This document shows positions 20,635 through 29,564 of a stretch of 64,000 nucleotides of DNA, piece after piece. The notes beneath the pieces are model-generated. The model searched no databases. It had not been told where the DNA came from and worked only from the letters and a program-made list of their open reading frames with translations. Position 1 is the first letter of the stretch. Every line of letters starts with the position of its first letter. Position numbers and translations under genes: made by a program. Origin of the DNA: Candidatus Bathyarchaeota archaeon (GTDB lineage Archaea; Thermoproteota; Bathyarchaeia; Bathyarchaeales; Bathycorpusculaceae); contig CAVZIW010000003.1 of the NCBI GenBank assembly GCA_963775465.1, forward strand, positions 64,001-128,000, given 5' to 3'.

Positions 20635-21387
20635 CTAATTCATGACTGCTTTTAAAGTGTAGGATAAATAACTTTTAACTTCAGTCCATGTTAGCTTGGA
20701 TTTACCTCTTTTTCTGTTCACAAAAACTATAGGCGTTTCCTTTACAACGAACTTTCTTAGATATGCTTGCCTAATTGTCTCTATCTGAATTTCGTAGGTG
20801 TGGCTATGCAAGGTGTCTACCGCTTCACGTAGAAATTCTGTGGAATAACACCGGTAACCGCTGGTGCAATCGTGCATCTTTAGACCCAACGAAGCTCTTG
20901 CTATGAAGTTGGCTGTTTTACTGATTACTTTTCTTGTGGTTGGCCAACCTAAAATTTGCCCGCCTTTGCAGTACCTGCTTCCAATGACAATAGCGCATTT
21001 ATCTTTACTTATGGTGGATAAAAGGTTTGGCAGTTCTTGTGGATTGTGTGAAAAATCAGCATCCATTGTGACGACATATTTTGGTTGGTGCTGACCTGAA
21101 AGGAAGATTTTAAAGCCATCCGTAATTGCCGTTCCCAATCCTGATTTAGAGGACCTAATAAGTAACTCTACATTTTTGTATTCTTTTTGTTTTTGGCGGA
21201 CGATTTCTGCTGTTCCATCGGGGCTCGAATCATCGATAACAAGGATGGTTGCATCAATATTTAGGTCTTCGAGGGCGTTGATTAGTTTAGAAATGTTTTG
21301 GGCTTCTCCATATGTCGGTAGGATTATTCCAATTTGAGAGTTGTTAAATTCGTTGTTGTTCTCTGGTCGGTAACCCATGAAAACCAT
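20635..21387 (-). CDS. polyprenol-phosphate mannose synthase (GT2, Dpm1-like)
   Basis: PTYGE, DDSSPDGT, MDADFSHNP, GSRY and GKSKL motifs. Confidence 0.9.
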   Translation of the reverse strand: MVFMGYRPENNNEFNNSQIGIILPTYGEAQNISKLINALEDLNIDATILVIDDSSPDGTAEIVRQKQKEYKNVELLIRSSKSGLGTAITDGFKIFLSGQHQPKYVVTMDADFSHNPQELPNLLSTISKDKCAIVIGSRYCKGGQILGWPTTRKVISKTANFIARASLGLKMHDCTSGYRCYSTEFLREAVDTLHSHTYEIQIETIRQAYLRKFVVKETPIVFVNRKRGKSKLTWTEVKSYLSYTLKAVMN

Positions 21388-21428
21388 TTCTATATTCTGT
21401 AAAGTGACCTAATAAAGGTTGACAACGG

Positions 21429-22451
21429 TTAACTTGGCTTTAGTGCAGCTTGTTTTCTTGTGTAGTATTTAAGCGGATGGTAAATACGGCTGCATAGGTC
21501 ATCTTTGTTCTTGCATACCCCGTGAGTTTGGAGCACGGAACATTGTGGACACGTATATTTAGTTCCTGAACCTCGTTCTCCTGCAATGTGCTCAATTTGA
21601 TATCGGGTTAAGCGCTCATTGTAGTCTGAGAAGGTCTTGAAGAGTTCGTTTAATCCTTCAGGCGTCATTCCTATGTTTACTAAGAAAGAAGTTAGTGTGA
21701 ATCGGCCAATGTGTGAGAGATGATGTGCTTGGGATGCATCACTGTATAACGCGTTAATACATGGGGGAAAAGCTGACTGTACCACAACTTTTGGCATATC
21801 ATCCATTTCTTCACCTATCTGGTCTTGAGCTAACTTCAGTAGATCATCCACGATGAGGCTGATTTCTTCAGGTAGATTTCTGATTTCCGCAACATCCAAC
21901 CTCTTTTCCACGCGGTTTTTTACTTCTTCTTGAAGCAAACGAACTGCTTTGGCGCTATTCAAAAAAACGTTTCCTTTATCCATAATCTGGTTGACCAGTT
22001 TCCATTCCGATCCATGTATATGTGCGGCATTTTTCAAATAGAAATTGAACCCCAAACGAAAATCCTTGTACGGCATCCCATCACTAATATCCCAGTCAAA
22101 ATCTCTTGCGATGGCGACAATTTTTTCTTTTTTTTCTTGGAGCATCTGAACCTGAGCAGTTTTTGCCACAGCGACCGCATACCTTTTTTTTATCCAAGAA
22201 TTTTTGGTAGCTATAACTAGAATAAGTGATGCTGCGAAAGATGAAATTTCTGTGGTTTTATCCTTTACCATTTCTCCCGTATTTAATTCCAAAATCGCTT
22301 TTTCTACGCGGTTTTTGCCTCGGTCAAAAATTGGTTCTTCTGAAGATAAACCTGCAATCGTAAATTCTAGTTCTGCTATTTGTTTTGAGGCTTGTTTTAA
22401 AAAAGGATATTTGGCAAAATCTTCCGAAGATAATGCCGATTCAAACTGCAA
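21429..22451 (-). CDS. priL: DNA primase large subunit PriL
   Basis: KYPFL, FPPC, YQIEH and C-terminal Fe-S cysteines, HPLKYY. Confidence 0.93.
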   Translation of the reverse strand: MQFESALSSEDFAKYPFLKQASKQIAELEFTIAGLSSEEPIFDRGKNRVEKAILELNTGEMVKDKTTEISSFAASLILVIATKNSWIKKRYAVAVAKTAQVQMLQEKKEKIVAIARDFDWDISDGMPYKDFRLGFNFYLKNAAHIHGSEWKLVNQIMDKGNVFLNSAKAVRLLQEEVKNRVEKRLDVAEIRNLPEEISLIVDDLLKLAQDQIGEEMDDMPKVVVQSAFPPCINALYSDASQAHHLSHIGRFTLTSFLVNIGMTPEGLNELFKTFSDYNERLTRYQIEHIAGERGSGTKYTCPQCSVLQTHGVCKNKDDLCSRIYHPLKYYTRKQAALKPS

Positions 22452-22461
22452 TTTGACTTCC

Positions 22462-23217
22462 TTACTCTGTTTCGATTCTTGGAGCCAAGAAGAAGACTAA
22501 CTTTCCTTCTTTGGTTTGTTGGAAGTCGATTCTGATTGGCATGTCACTTGAGAACTCTAGGGTTGCGATATCAGAAGTTGCGGAAGCTGCTTTAATGATT
22601 TCAGAGAGGTAGCTTAGACTAAAAGTTGCTTTAGCGTTCTCTTTAACTTCTAAGTCGAGGAGAGCATCGCTGCCTTTCTGTAGCGTGATTGTTGCACCCA
22701 TCAAATCACCTGAAGCAGACAAGATCATTTTTTCTGGTTCTGCTTCTATGCGCACATGATCGCTGACTAATTGTGCATCTTCTATTGCTTGGCTTAAGCC
22801 TTGTGTTGTGGTTTTAGCTTTGACGTTGAAACTTATTTTTGGTGTAGGCACTTCTTCTTCTGAGGCTTCAAGTGTTGGCATAGTGAAGTTTCGATTGTAT
22901 TTGCCTGATATTACTACTAATAAACGTCCGGTTTTGTCGTCTATGGATAGTTCAACGGATTCGTCTTTGCTTGCACGTTTGAGTAGTTTTAAAAGTTCGC
23001 TTATGTTAAGGCAAACTTTGGTCGGCTCATTGCAGACATATTCTTGAAATATTGTTTTTGGCCATTCGAAATCAATCATAGCAACACGCGACGGATCCAT
23101 GGCGCGGAGTTTTAAGCCTTCAGGGTCGATTTTGAATGTTGCTTCGTCGACAAGAATTGAAATGGCGTTAGCCATATCTCTTAATAGTTTAGCGTCAGAC
23201 ACTTTAAGCTTGAACAT
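22462..23217 (-). CDS. pcn: DNA sliding clamp PCNA
   Basis: AMDPSRVAM and FLAPRIE motifs. Confidence 0.97.
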   Translation of the reverse strand: MFKLKVSDAKLLRDMANAISILVDEATFKIDPEGLKLRAMDPSRVAMIDFEWPKTIFQEYVCNEPTKVCLNISELLKLLKRASKDESVELSIDDKTGRLLVVISGKYNRNFTMPTLEASEEEVPTPKISFNVKAKTTTQGLSQAIEDAQLVSDHVRIEAEPEKMILSASGDLMGATITLQKGSDALLDLEVKENAKATFSLSYLSEIIKAASATSDIATLEFSSDMPIRIDFQQTKEGKLVFFLAPRIETE

Positions 23218-23503
23218 ATCCTTCTATTCCTCGCAATATCCATTCAGGTAGTATGCTAAACATTACACTCTGAGTTAATAAATTTAGTCGCTGGTTTTTG
23301 TCTGGTTGTAACGTTTTTGTGAAGGGTTATTTTCTAGCAATATTTAGTGGTTAGAGGCCTTTAATTTCTGATAGCACTTCTTTTTGTTTTTACTGCATGA
23401 GCTGCCGTAGCGATTCCTCGTGCAAGTTGTTGATTTTTGTTGTATATGTGAAAAGGTATAAGAGACTGTATGTTTCTTTTATGCAAAGCTGGTAGTGAAC
23501 AAC

Positions 23504-23779
23504 GTGAACGTTCCCAAAGAAATCAATACGTACTGTCCCAAATGTAAAGCTCACAGCATTCACACTGTATCCCTCTATAAGGCTGGTAAACGCCGAGCGC
23601 TCGCTAGAGGCGAAAGACACCACGAACGCGAAAAGGAAGGGTACGGCGGACAAAAATACCCCTTACAGCATGAATTTGCCAAAACAACCAAGAAGCAAAC
23701 TCTGCGCTTAAAATGCAAAGTTTGTAGTTATATGTACCACAAAGATGGTATCCGTCTAAGAAAATTAACAATCCAATAA
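23504..23779 (+). CDS. rpl44e: 50S ribosomal protein L44e
   Basis: YCPKC, GYGGQKYP and AKTTKK motifs. Confidence 0.96.
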   Translation: MNVPKEINTYCPKCKAHSIHTVSLYKAGKRRALARGERHHEREKEGYGGQKYPLQHEFAKTTKKQTLRLKCKVCSYMYHKDGIRLRKLTIQ

Positions 23780-23801
23780 ATTATAGGGAGATTAAGAAAA
23801 A

Positions 23802-23999
23802 ATGTCTGAATGGAATAAGCTTATCCCCAAGCCACGAAGCGTCTTTCTCCGCGTAAAATGCCCAAAATGCAACAACGAACAACTAATCTTCAGTAATACA
23901 ACCAACATCATAACATGTAACGTCTGCGGTGAAAACTTGGCGCAACCAACTGGTGGAAGAGCAATAATCAACGGCGATGTCCAAGCGGTACTCGAGTAA
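23802..23999 (+). CDS. rps27e: 30S ribosomal protein S27e
   Basis: PRSVFLRVKCPKC...CNVCG...PTGG. Confidence 0.96.
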   Translation: MSEWNKLIPKPRSVFLRVKCPKCNNEQLIFSNTTNIITCNVCGENLAQPTGGRAIINGDVQAVLE

Positions 24000-24014
24000 G
24001 CGGAGACCCGTTAG

Positions 24015-24800
24015 ATGGCTGAGCGTAAGCCTAACTGGCCTGAAGTCGGCGACTTAGTTATCGCCACTATCGAAACAGTTACTGATTACGGTGCTTATGC
24101 TAGGCTTGATGAATATGAAAAACGTGGGCTTTTACACGTTTCTGAGATTTCCTCTTCGTGGATTCGGAACATTCGTGATTTTGTGCGTGACGGGCAAAAA
24201 CTTGTTCTCAAAGTCCTTCGAGTTGACATGGAAAAAGGTCATATTGACCTTTCGCTGAGACGTGTAGCCAAGCGGGAACGTATCGAGAAAGTTCTTTCAT
24301 GGAAAAAAGATCGTAAAGCCGACGCGCTTCTTCGTGGAGTTGGAGAAAAACTTGGCTTAACAAGTGACGAAGTTTATCAGAAAGCAGGTGCAGTCGTGGA
24401 GCAGAAGCTTGATTTATATGAGGGTTTTGAGAAGGCAGCTTTCGAAGGACCTGAAGTCTTGATTGAGATTGGCGTACCAGAGATTTTTGCAAAAGCTTTT
24501 TCGGAAGTTGCACAGGAACGCATTCACGTAAAAATGGTTAAAGTTAAGGGTATTTTGGAAATGCGTGTGGTGAAGCCCAACGGTGTCAAGGTAATCAAAG
24601 AAGCTTTTCATAAAGCTAAAGCCGAAAAAATTAAAGATGTCAAAATTACTTTCTATGTTATTGCTGCACCAAAATATAACATTGAAGTTCAAGCCGAGAA
24701 CTACAAGCGTGCTGAAGAAGTTATGCAGAAAACCGCCGAGACTGTTATCGCAAGCGTCGCCAAAGCTGGTGGACAGGGTAGTTTTAGAAGGGAAAAGTAG
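24015..24800 (+). CDS. eif2a: translation initiation factor 2 alpha subunit
   Basis: S1 domain with GLLHVSEIS and KGHIDLSLRRV; APKY. Confidence 0.96.
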   Translation: MAERKPNWPEVGDLVIATIETVTDYGAYARLDEYEKRGLLHVSEISSSWIRNIRDFVRDGQKLVLKVLRVDMEKGHIDLSLRRVAKRERIEKVLSWKKDRKADALLRGVGEKLGLTSDEVYQKAGAVVEQKLDLYEGFEKAAFEGPEVLIEIGVPEIFAKAFSEVAQERIHVKMVKVKGILEMRVVKPNGVKVIKEAFHKAKAEKIKDVKITFYVIAAPKYNIEVQAENYKRAEEVMQKTAETVIASVAKAGGQGSFRREK

Positions 24801-24967
24801 TGGTTTGGCAATTACGCAAGTGCGTGAACTGTGGTGCATACACTTTACATAAAGATACTTGTCCGATTTGCGGTGGACCAGTTAAAATTCCACATCCCGC
24901 AAAGTTTTCTCCAGATGACAAGTACCTGAAATATCGTATGGCACTGAAAAGGAGTCAAGAACAATGA
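24800..24967 (+). CDS. nop10: H/ACA RNP protein Nop10 (below the ORF-track size cut-off)
   Basis: manual translation MVWQLRKCVNCGAYTLHKDTCPICGGPVKIPHPAKFSPDDKYLKYRMALKRSQEQ; conserved context. Confidence 0.95.
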   Translation: MVWQLRKCVNCGAYTLHKDTCPICGGPVKIPHPAKFSPDDKYLKYRMALKRSQEQ

Positions 24968-25734
24968 AGGAAACATACATTAAAGAATTTGAAGAAATCC
25001 AGCCCAATAATCCCGTTTTAATTGAAGGGCTGCCGGGACTTGGGTTAGTGGGCAAAATTGCATTACGCTATTTAATCAAGCAACTTAAAGCTAAAAAGAT
25101 CGCTTATCTTTACTCGCCTCATTTTCCCTATTTTGTGCTCGTTAACAAGAAAGGTAATGTGCGTTTGCTCAGAGGAGTGTTTTACTATTATCAGAACCCC
25201 AAAGGCAACGATATACTTCTCTTCACTGGCGATAGCCAAAGTCAAACCATCGAAGGACAATATGAAATCGCCGACCGCATGCTTGACTTCTCAGAAAAAC
25301 ATGGGGTCAAAAGCATCGCGACCATTGGTGGCTACCGTATGGAACCAGAAGATAAACCCAAGGTGTTCATTGCTGCAACCAATCCTGAACTGCTAAACAA
25401 GGCTCTACAATCAGGTGCGATTCTGAGTTCAACTGGAAGCCCCATTGTGGGAACCGCAGGCTTAATTCTTGGCTTGTCTAAATTCAAAAAGATGGAAGCG
25501 TTATGTTTACTTGGAGAAACTCGTGGTTACCTTCCAGACCCGCTTGCTGCCAAGAGCGTGCTTGAGGTTTTGAAATCGACTTTCAACTTTGAATTAGACT
25601 TATCTGGCTTAAACGAAGAAATTTCCAAAGCCGAAACAATGGCTACAAAACTTCAGCAAATAGAAGAAAAACGTGCCATTCAAGCTGAGGAAACAAAGAA
25701 GGAAGAAGATAAGAAAACCACGTATATCTCTTAA
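24964..25734 (+). CDS. PAC2 / proteasome assembly chaperone family protein
   Basis: EGLPGLGLVGK and CLLGETRGYLPDP motifs; conserved aIF2a-nop10-PAC2 order. Confidence 0.9.
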   Translation: MKETYIKEFEEIQPNNPVLIEGLPGLGLVGKIALRYLIKQLKAKKIAYLYSPHFPYFVLVNKKGNVRLLRGVFYYYQNPKGNDILLFTGDSQSQTIEGQYEIADRMLDFSEKHGVKSIATIGGYRMEPEDKPKVFIAATNPELLNKALQSGAILSSTGSPIVGTAGLILGLSKFKKMEALCLLGETRGYLPDPLAAKSVLEVLKSTFNFELDLSGLNEEISKAETMATKLQQIEEKRAIQAEETKKEEDKKTTYIS

Positions 25735-26819
25735 GAAAAGTTTTTCTTTATTATTTCCACAGTTTTTTGAGCTGCTGTTCCGTCTCCGAAAGGAGATACA
25801 GACGGTAAAACTTCCTCTTTATTAATTGCTTCTTTTAATGCGCTTAAGATAGTGCTATTGTTGGTTCCAACAATTTTAGCAAAACCAGATTCAACTGCTT
25901 CCTGACGTTCAGTCGACAAGCGGATAACAAGTACTCTTTTCCTGATGGCAGGTGCGGTTGCTTCCTCTTGAATGCCGCCTGAATCCGTAAGAATCAAACA
26001 ACAATTTCTCATCAATAATAAAAAGTCTAAATAACCTAACGGTGGCAAAATCAACACATTTTTGAGTGCTTCCATCTTTGAGAGCATGTTGTTTTCTTGT
26101 AAGCGCTTTTTGGTTCTCGGATGCATCGGGTAAACTACAGGAAGTGGAGATTTTGAGAAAACCTCAACAAAGGATTCTAGAACTTCTGTGTTGTCCACGT
26201 TTTCTGCTCGATGAGCTGTTGCCAAAACAAATTGTTTGAAGGGCACATTCTTCATTATTGTTGATTTTTTTTCCGCAATAGGTAAGTGTTCAACAACTGC
26301 GTCGATAGCAGTGTTACCTGTAATGAAGATTTTTCCCCAAACGTTTTCTTTGATGAGGTTAGCTTCTGCACGTTTCGTTGGAGCAAATAGGTATTCGGAT
26401 AGGTGATCAGTCAATCGTCGGTTGTGCTCTTCGGGCATTCGCAAATCAAAACTTCGAAGTCCAGCTTCCACGTGTCCAATTGGTATGACTCGCTTGTTAG
26501 CAGCTAAAGCTGTTGACAGGACTGTGTTGGTGTCGCCTTCAACCAAGACAACAGAGGGATCAACCTTTCCGATAAGTTGATCCATCTTCATCATGATTTC
26601 CGCAGTTTGTTCTCCAGGCGAAGAATTTTCAATCTTCACAGAGTAGTCTGGTGTCGGTAGTTCAAGGTTTTCAATAAATTGTTGAGCCATGTTGTAGTCA
26701 TAGTGTTGTTCGCAATGTACAAATGATAAGGGAAGGCGGGCTTTTTTTAGGGCTCGAATTATGGGTGCCATCTTTATTATTTCAGGGCGGGTTCCCGCAA
26801 CCACAACGATTGGTTTCAA
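25731..26819 (-). CDS. wecB: UDP-N-acetylglucosamine 2-epimerase (non-hydrolysing)
   Basis: GTRPEIIK, HVEAGLRS, PEEHNR and TDSGGIQEEA motifs. Confidence 0.93.
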   Translation of the reverse strand: MKPIVVVAGTRPEIIKMAPIIRALKKARLPLSFVHCEQHYDYNMAQQFIENLELPTPDYSVKIENSSPGEQTAEIMMKMDQLIGKVDPSVVLVEGDTNTVLSTALAANKRVIPIGHVEAGLRSFDLRMPEEHNRRLTDHLSEYLFAPTKRAEANLIKENVWGKIFITGNTAIDAVVEHLPIAEKKSTIMKNVPFKQFVLATAHRAENVDNTEVLESFVEVFSKSPLPVVYPMHPRTKKRLQENNMLSKMEALKNVLILPPLGYLDFLLLMRNCCLILTDSGGIQEEATAPAIRKRVLVIRLSTERQEAVESGFAKIVGTNNSTILSALKEAINKEEVLPSVSPFGDGTAAQKTVEIIKKNFS

Positions 26820-26829
26820 AGCATTTCCT

Positions 26830-28866
26830 CTAGGTTTTCTTTAAGGACCCTTCTCGAGGTTCATAAATAGTACCCTCGCGTAATAACTGGGATATCATTC
26901 GTTCTACTTCGCCTCTTGGAATCTTGTGTTTGGTTTCCAATTCGTTGACGAGTGTGTCTCTTTCAACGATTCCGGTGACTTTTTCCAGCTCCATAATTGT
27001 GGCAATAACTGTGCCGAGTCTATCTCTGATGCTCTTGGGTCTGCCCGTCATTATTAAGTCGATGTCAACTTTATAGGACGACAAATCGATGCCGACTTCT
27101 TCAAGTGAGCGTTTCATTATGGCAATTGCTGCTTCCGCATCTTCAGCGGTTACTTCTTTTCGCAATGCGACACGTGCTCTGGCTTCTGCTATTCGGACAA
27201 GTGATTCCAGTTGACGGGCTGTGATTGCTACTGGGGAACCTTCGGTTTCGCTTGCGTTACGCATAGCTAAGTAGAAATCGCTGAGTCGCTTAAGGGCGTC
27301 GTTGCTAAGTTCCGGTTTGACGCCTTTGGCGTAACTAACGTATTTGCGTAAAAGTTCGGCGTCGACTTGTGCTTCAACGGGGCTTGTTCCTCTTCGGTGA
27401 ATTTCTAGGATATGGCGTGACATTTTGCCGTCTGATTCCTTGTTTGGTACGTCTCGGAGCACAAAAATTAGGTCGAAACGAGAGAGGATTGTAACTGGTA
27501 GTGAGATGTTTTCAGCAACGGTTCGATTAGGTTCATATCTTCCAAGAGATGGGTTAGCGGCTGCAAGAACTGCAGTTCGGGCGTTTAGGGTTGCGACGAT
27601 TCCTCCTTTGGCGACTGAGACTGTATGCTGTTCCATGGCTTCGTGGATCGCAACGCGGTCTTCGGGTCTCATTTTGTCCATTTCGTCGATGCATGCGATG
27701 CCTTTGTCTGCCAAGACAAGTGCGCCTGCTTCTAGACTCATGCTTCCGCCTTTTTCTCTAACTACGGCTGCTGTTAAGCCTGCGGCTGTTGTTCCTCTGC
27801 CTGAAGTGTACAGGCCTCTTGGTGCTATTCTTGAAACGTACTGTAACATCTGGGATTTGGCTGTACCTGGGTCACCTATGATGAGGGCGTTCATTTCCCC
27901 TCTTACGTTAACGTCTGGGAGGCTTTTTGAGACTCCGCCAAAGAGCAGATACATGATTGCTTCCTTTAGGTGTTCCAGACCGAAAATTGAGGGCGCGATC
28001 GAACTCATAATTTTTTTATGTACTGCGGGATCCCTTGATAGTTCGAGAATTTTTGCTTCTTCTTCGGGTGTTGGGGGTGATGTTTCGGGTTCTTTGCCTA
28101 AAACTTCGATAGAGTTGCCGTCTAATTGGAGGATAAAGGTGCGTAGTTTTCCCATACCCATTAGAGAAGGTGCAAAAGCACGTACAATACCTACGATAGA
28201 AACGTGGTCTCCGGGTCTTGCAATATCCACGATTTCGTCTCCAACCAATTTCACGGCTAATGTTCGAGGTAGTTGTCCAGGTGGGAGGTCTTCAGGTTTT
28301 TCTTGTAATCTTAGGTCTTGTGAGTCTATGAATGTTGACTCTTCTTGGGAAAATTCAAAAGGGCCATCTCTGCCGCAGTCTGGGGCGATGCATACTGATG
28401 GAGCTTTAAGGAACTGTCCGGTTTGTTCGACCAAATTTAGAGTGCCGCAACGTTTGCATTTGAATGCTCCCTGTTGAACCATTGGTCGTACGGGGGTTGC
28501 ACGGACAACGATGCCTTCTACCATAACTAGCTTTGTCATCTGTTTGCTGCCGAGTTTGCGAAGTTGCTCTTTACCTAGTAGTTGTACGATTCGAACTATT
28601 ACTTTCTCGATTTTCTCAGCATATTCGACGTCCTCTATTCTCAGTTGTTCATAGGCACCTTTACCTGCATGTTGGAGGAATTCTTCAGGTTTGTTTAACA
28701 GACGTTCAGCTAATGCTTGATCAAAGCCGTAAAGCTCCTCAAAATCGATTCTTAAGCTACCTTTACCGTTGATGGCTAACTGAGCGATTCTTTGGCGGTA
28801 CTTTTCTTTTTTAAAGAATTCTTGGAATCGCTGCTGGGGATCGATGGTTTCTAGTTTATTAGCCAG
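26830..28866 (-). CDS. mcm: replicative helicase MCM (678 aa if started at CTG 28866)
   Basis: GDPGTAKSQ, IDEMDKM and SRFD motifs, zinc finger; the frame stays open 109 codons upstream of the track's ATG and encodes the MCM N-terminal subdomain. Confidence 0.95.
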   Translation of the reverse strand: MANKLETIDPQQRFQEFFKKEKYRQRIAQLAINGKGSLRIDFEELYGFDQALAERLLNKPEEFLQHAGKGAYEQLRIEDVEYAEKIEKVIVRIVQLLGKEQLRKLGSKQMTKLVMVEGIVVRATPVRPMVQQGAFKCKRCGTLNLVEQTGQFLKAPSVCIAPDCGRDGPFEFSQEESTFIDSQDLRLQEKPEDLPPGQLPRTLAVKLVGDEIVDIARPGDHVSIVGIVRAFAPSLMGMGKLRTFILQLDGNSIEVLGKEPETSPPTPEEEAKILELSRDPAVHKKIMSSIAPSIFGLEHLKEAIMYLLFGGVSKSLPDVNVRGEMNALIIGDPGTAKSQMLQYVSRIAPRGLYTSGRGTTAAGLTAAVVREKGGSMSLEAGALVLADKGIACIDEMDKMRPEDRVAIHEAMEQHTVSVAKGGIVATLNARTAVLAAANPSLGRYEPNRTVAENISLPVTILSRFDLIFVLRDVPNKESDGKMSRHILEIHRRGTSPVEAQVDAELLRKYVSYAKGVKPELSNDALKRLSDFYLAMRNASETEGSPVAITARQLESLVRIAEARARVALRKEVTAEDAEAAIAIMKRSLEEVGIDLSSYKVDIDLIMTGRPKSIRDRLGTVIATIMELEKVTGIVERDTLVNELETKHKIPRGEVERMISQLLREGTIYEPREGSLKKT

Positions 28867-29419
28867 GTTGTTTCTCCCCGCTTTCTAAGATTTTGGTTTT
28901 CCATTCAGAGATGATTTTGAATAGTTGGTCATACATGATTTTTTCTTCATTCGTGAATTTTTTTAAAACCTGCTCGCTTTGTATTGGGGCAGATGAGATC
29001 GCGACTATTTTCTTAAGTCGTGAGTTCACTATATCGCGGGCTAACTGTTTTGCGCGGTCGTATTCTTGATATTTTTCGGATTGTTTCTGAGCTTGTTTTT
29101 TTAACTCTGTTATATATCTGCGTAGTTTAGGGTAGAAATCATCGGGTAGTTCACCGATTTGGCCTGGAATCTGTACGCCTTCCTTCCACTGAACTTTGAA
29201 AAGTTTGGTTGAATCTAAAAGTTCGTCCTCTCGGAAATGTGCCATACCGGCTGAAGCAAGTTCTTTTGCTACCCAGAAGTAAACTTCGTATTCATTGCCT
29301 TCATCAAATGGACCTACTGACATCCCAGAGAGCTTAATTTCGGGGCAGTTTCGGTTAGCAACAATTTTAACCATTGAGTTCTCGTAGTAAAAGTCTATTG
29401 TGCATATTTTCGCTGCCAA
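28859..29419 (-). CDS. GINS complex subunit Gins23
   Basis: B-A domain order (VYFWVAKEL...LPDDFY...RLKKIV...EEK); directly upstream of mcm. Confidence 0.85.
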   Translation of the reverse strand: MAAKICTIDFYYENSMVKIVANRNCPEIKLSGMSVGPFDEGNEYEVYFWVAKELASAGMAHFREDELLDSTKLFKVQWKEGVQIPGQIGELPDDFYPKLRRYITELKKQAQKQSEKYQEYDRAKQLARDIVNSRLKKIVAISSAPIQSEQVLKKFTNEEKIMYDQLFKIISEWKTKILESGEKQPG

Positions 29420-29564
29420 ACCCTCTCAATCTCAACACAGTTTACCCAACTAGGGATTCAAAACATATGACAGGAGAATTCTTAAGGGTTTGCATAGAAA
29501 GGTTGAGTATTTGAAAAAGGAAAGTAGGGTTTAATTTGGCTCAAAAAACCTTTTTAGTAAGGTG

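Noticed and set aside
27425-28477. 350-aa ORF on the + strand
   Set aside because: Antisense shadow of mcm with no recognisable motifs; the many other short antisense ORFs in the track were dismissed for the same reason
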